This document shows, piece after piece, positions 15,607-16,476 of a DNA stretch of 16,476 nucleotides; the stretch's first letter is position 1; every line of letters starts with the position of its first letter. Source of the stretch: Candidatus Aegiribacteria sp. (GTDB lineage: Bacteria; Fermentibacterota; Fermentibacteria; Fermentibacterales; JCC-6); the NCBI GenBank assembly GCA_046498225.1, contig JAWOBF010000127.1, forward strand, positions 1 to 16,476, written 5' to 3'. The notes beneath the pieces are model-generated. The model was not told the DNA's origin and did not search any database. It worked only from the letters and a program-made list of their open reading frames with translations. A program made the translations under genes and the position numbers.

Positions 15607-16203
15607 ATGCTAACACAATTATTCGGCTCCGGAACACGGGCAAGAGTTATTGAGTGGCTCTTCATGCATCCAGATGAAACGTATTATGTACGACAGTTGT
15701 CAGAGATTCTCGAATTGGATTCGACAAACCTCAGTAAGGAACTTGACAAGCTGTATCAATTGGGAATCCTGTCGAGAATGAAATCGGGCAATCAAAAGCA
15801 TTACTCGGCCAATCAAGAGAGCCCTATTTATGTCGATCTTCGGAACATAGTTATCAAAACAAGTGCTATTGCTGAAAGTTTAAGAGTACTGCTGGAACCG
15901 ATCAGAGACAGGATAGAGATAGCCTTTATTTACGGTTCCTTTGCCTCTGGGTCTTTCAGCAAGTCCAGTGATCTTGATCTACTTGTTGTTGGTGACATTG
16001 ACTATCATGAATTGGTCGCTCTCGTTCGAAAGTTCAGTAAGGAAATTGGTCGGGAAGTGAACATTTCCTGTTTTACGAGTCGTGAGTTCATTGGGAAGTT
16101 TAGGGAGAAGGGGTTTATCTGGAGGATCTCCCAAGGAATGAAGATCTTCGTGATTGGAGGTGATGATGAGCTTAGAAACATGGGAAAGGAATCGGTGGAT
16201 TGA
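15607..16203 (+). CDS. Winged-HTH + minimal nucleotidyltransferase (MNT) antitoxin
   Basis: N-terminal ArsR-like wHTH (LFGSGTRARV...YVRQLS...LSKELDKL..LGIL) and a C-terminal GS-x10-DxD motif (YGSFASGSFSKSSDLDLLVVG). GGAG RBS. Confidence 0.88.
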   Translation: MLTQLFGSGTRARVIEWLFMHPDETYYVRQLSEILELDSTNLSKELDKLYQLGILSRMKSGNQKHYSANQESPIYVDLRNIVIKTSAIAESLRVLLEPIRDRIEIAFIYGSFASGSFSKSSDLDLLVVGDIDYHELVALVRKFSKEIGREVNISCFTSREFIGKFREKGFIWRISQGMKIFVIGGDDELRNMGKESVD

Positions 16204-16476
16204 TGCTCATTCCCCCGCAGATAGTGAAATAGCTGCTCTCATTGAAACGGCTGAGCATGCAATTGACCAGGCCGACTCGCTGATGGGACTTTCACCTGCC
16301 TGGAAAATGAAGATGGCCTATGATGCTATCCTCTGCTGTGCCAGAGCTTGCCTGTATAGAAGCGGATACAGGGCTTCAAGAACTGGCGATCACTACCGCG
16401 AGATACAAAGTCTCGAACTGACCATAGGTATTGCATCAGATCGAATAGATGTGCTTGACGGCTTTCGCCAGCGAAG
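16166..16476 (+). CDS. HEPN-like putative toxin (3'-truncated by window edge)
   Basis: Not in the ORF track because there is no stop in the window. GGAGGT RBS then ATG 16166 (or 16163). My translation: MSLETWERNRWIDAHSPADSEIAALIETAEHAIDQADSLMGLSPAWKMKMAYDAILCCARACLYRSGYRASRTGDHYREIQSLELTIGIASDRIDVLDGFRQR. All-helical with an AY..A....GYR...H pattern typical of MNT-associated HEPN proteins; overlaps the MNT gene by 38 nt. Confidence 0.75.
   Translation, partial: MSLETWERNRWIDAHSPADSEIAALIETAEHAIDQADSLMGLSPAWKMKMAYDAILCCARACLYRSGYRASRTGDHYREIQSLELTIGIASDRIDVLDGFRQR

Overview
GC-rich bacterial (diderm, anaerobe-like) chromosomal window. A PorV/UPF0164-type barrel suggests an FCB-related lineage, but that is inference only. 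From left to right: the 3' part of a class-B-like radical SAM gene; a convergent small secreted 17-aa-repeat protein; an envelope cluster (signal peptide + ComEA-like HhH fused to a ComEC-type metallo-beta-lactamase domain, two carbohydrate ABC permeases, a secreted hypothetical protein, a PorV-family barrel and a lipoprotein); a tightly coupled energy-metabolism operon; an initiator tRNA-fMet with a consensus sigma70 promoter and terminator; and a lower-GC wHTH-MNT/HEPN toxin-antitoxin pair preceded by a double-palindrome operator. The energy operon is hydrogenase maturation protease, hdrC-hdrB-hdrA-mvhD, [2Fe-2S/2x4Fe-4S protein + fumarate-reductase-family flavoprotein], mvhG-mvhA. The most interesting element is the soluble, anchor-less Frd/Tfr-like two-gene module inserted inside the Mvh-Hdr cluster. 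Its flavoprotein has a non-canonical architecture and altered specificity residues, suggesting an uncharacterised H2-driven electron-bifurcating reductase system.
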